The notes under the pieces were generated by a model. It had not been told where the DNA came from and made no database searches. It was given only the letters and a program-made list of their open reading frames with translations. The position numbers and the translations under genes are program-made. This document shows, piece after piece, positions 13,661 to 14,646 of a stretch of DNA of 14,646 nt; the first letter of the stretch is position 1, and every line of letters starts with the position of its first letter. The stretch comes from Candidatus Nanohalobium sp. Its GTDB lineage: Archaea > Nanohalarchaeota > Nanosalinia > Nanosalinales > Nanosalinaceae. The DNA lies in assembly GCA_042217545.1 (NCBI GenBank), contig JBDGSM010000079.1, positions 1 through 14,646 of the forward strand, in the 5' to 3' direction.

Positions 13661-14356
13661 ATGTGGTTCGAGAGCATCACTGATCTAATCCTTTTCACAC
13701 TGATAACCGCTGTATTCCTATACTTCATATATCCCAGAATAGAGAAAAAAGAAACCAAGATCTCAACAGGATTCTACACAACCTCAGTACTATATCTGAT
13801 CTCGATAGGGATAACATCTGCAACAGGTGCTAAAGGCCTTCAAATACCGATTCTACTGGCCGCCAGCGCAGGAATAACGTTCTTCCTCATAAGAAGCAGA
13901 ACAAAACTCGAGAAAAACATTTCCTCGTACAGAATAGAAGCAGCAACAGGCCTACTACTCTTGATAGGGCTAACAATGTATAGAGGCCTTCCGGAGCTTA
14001 TCCCTATAACCAGAGGCCTTTCACTTACCGTTCTCGCAACAGCAGTGACTGCAGCAGGATTTTTACTGGTAAACCTAAGGCCTTCCTCAAAACTGCTTCT
14101 TCCAGTAGCTGCACATTATCTCGACGCCGCATCAACAGTAGTGGCACTGCAAAAATCCCTGAAAGAGAGCAGATTCCTCGCAAACCTGTTCATAAAGAAC
14201 CTGGGTCCTGGAGGCATCATCGTCATGAAGGCCTTGGTGATAATCCCTGTAGTCTACTTCTCGACAAACTTCGACGAAGAATACGAAGGCCTTCTGCTCT
14301 ACATAGTCTTTGCGTTAGGCCTCGTACTCGGTGTGAGGAATCTTTTCCTGATCTGA
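13661..14356 (+). CDS. DUF63-family polytopic membrane protein
   Basis: About 7 hydrophobic segments. Motifs AHYLDAASTVVAL, K(A)LVI and GL..G.RN match the DUF63 H.LDA.ST / GL.PG.R pattern. Confidence 0.75.
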   Translation: MWFESITDLILFTLITAVFLYFIYPRIEKKETKISTGFYTTSVLYLISIGITSATGAKGLQIPILLAASAGITFFLIRSRTKLEKNISSYRIEAATGLLLLIGLTMYRGLPELIPITRGLSLTVLATAVTAAGFLLVNLRPSSKLLLPVAAHYLDAASTVVALQKSLKESRFLANLFIKNLGPGGIIVMKALVIIPVVYFSTNFDEEYEGLLLYIVFALGLVLGVRNLFLI

Positions 14357-14383
14357 GAGAATTTTTCTAGATCTTTTTGTAGT

Positions 14384-14644
14384 CTAGTTAGGTGTTTCGC
14401 TTTCTGAAGGACCTTCTATACTTGTCTGATCCTTTGCGAAGTATACTGCTCCTTCAGCTGCACCTGTTGCTATATCTCCGCTGATATCTGCTGCACCTAA
14501 TGCTGCATCAGAGATTGCTCCGCCTAACGTGCCTATTAGATCTCCTGCCTTATCTCCTGTCCAAGGGATGGCTCCTGTGTACTCGCCTTCAGTCTTTACT
14601 AGTTTGAATTCAGGCCCCCATCCATTTTTACCGTTCTTGCAGCT
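14384..14644 (-). CDS. C-terminal part of a protein continuing beyond the window, with a Gly/Ala-rich (glycine-zipper-like) segment
   Basis: Open minus frame from the window edge: SCKNGKNGWGPEFKLVKTEGEYTGAIPWTGDKAGDLIGTLGGAISDAALGAADISGDIATGAAEGAVYFAKDQTSIEGPSESETPN*. Converges on DUF63 with a 27-bp gap. Absent from the ORF track. Confidence 0.7.
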   Translation of the reverse strand, partial: SCKNGKNGWGPEFKLVKTEGEYTGAIPWTGDKAGDLIGTLGGAISDAALGAADISGDIATGAAEGAVYFAKDQTSIEGPSESETPN

Positions 14645-14646
14645 TC

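Larger units (their letters stand above)
331..14322. repeat. Dispersed highly iterated palindrome AGGCCT (31 copies by hand count)
   Basis: Starts at 331, 770, 863, 1483, 3290, 3702, 3803, 4603, 5225, 7239, 7359, 7550, 7691, 8133, 9031, 9615, 10285, 10334, 10494, 12259, 12348, 12391, 13508, 13834, 13948, 13984, 14014, 14078, 14229, 14287, 14317. Confidence 0.9.

Noticed and set aside
12..14543. AGATCT/GATC also looks frequent (about 10 AGATCT)
   Set aside because: Enrichment is modest and could follow from Asp-Leu/Glu-Ile/Arg-Ser codon pairs; not convincing without a computed null model.

Overview
Gene-dense archaeal chromosomal segment, most consistent with a nanohaloarchaeon or other halophilic DPANN lineage. 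This is inferred from very acidic cytoplasmic proteins, GGTGA ribosome-binding sites, TTTAAA/TATAAA boxes about 30 nt before leaderless ATGs, ASGC lipoproteins and a DUF63 gene. From left to right: the 3' end of a Thr-linker protein; a divergent RimK/LysX-like ATP-grasp ligase that probably starts at a non-canonical ATT; three related acidic helical proteins with mosaic duplicated DNA and a duplicated promoter; a small twin-Arg anchored protein; a 1560-aa PKD/Ig-fold surface protein and a 586-aa membrane-anchored Ig-repeat partner; a 365-bp convergent gap; an opposite-strand operon of three paralogous lipoproteins; DUF63; and the 3' end of a Gly/Ala-rich protein. The most striking unexplained signal is the palindrome AGGCCT. 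I count 31 copies by hand against about 3 expected, in all reading frames and between genes, which resembles a HIP1-type highly iterated palindrome. No rRNA, tRNA, CRISPR array or mobile element was recognised. All counts are manual and all family calls come from motif recognition, not database searches.
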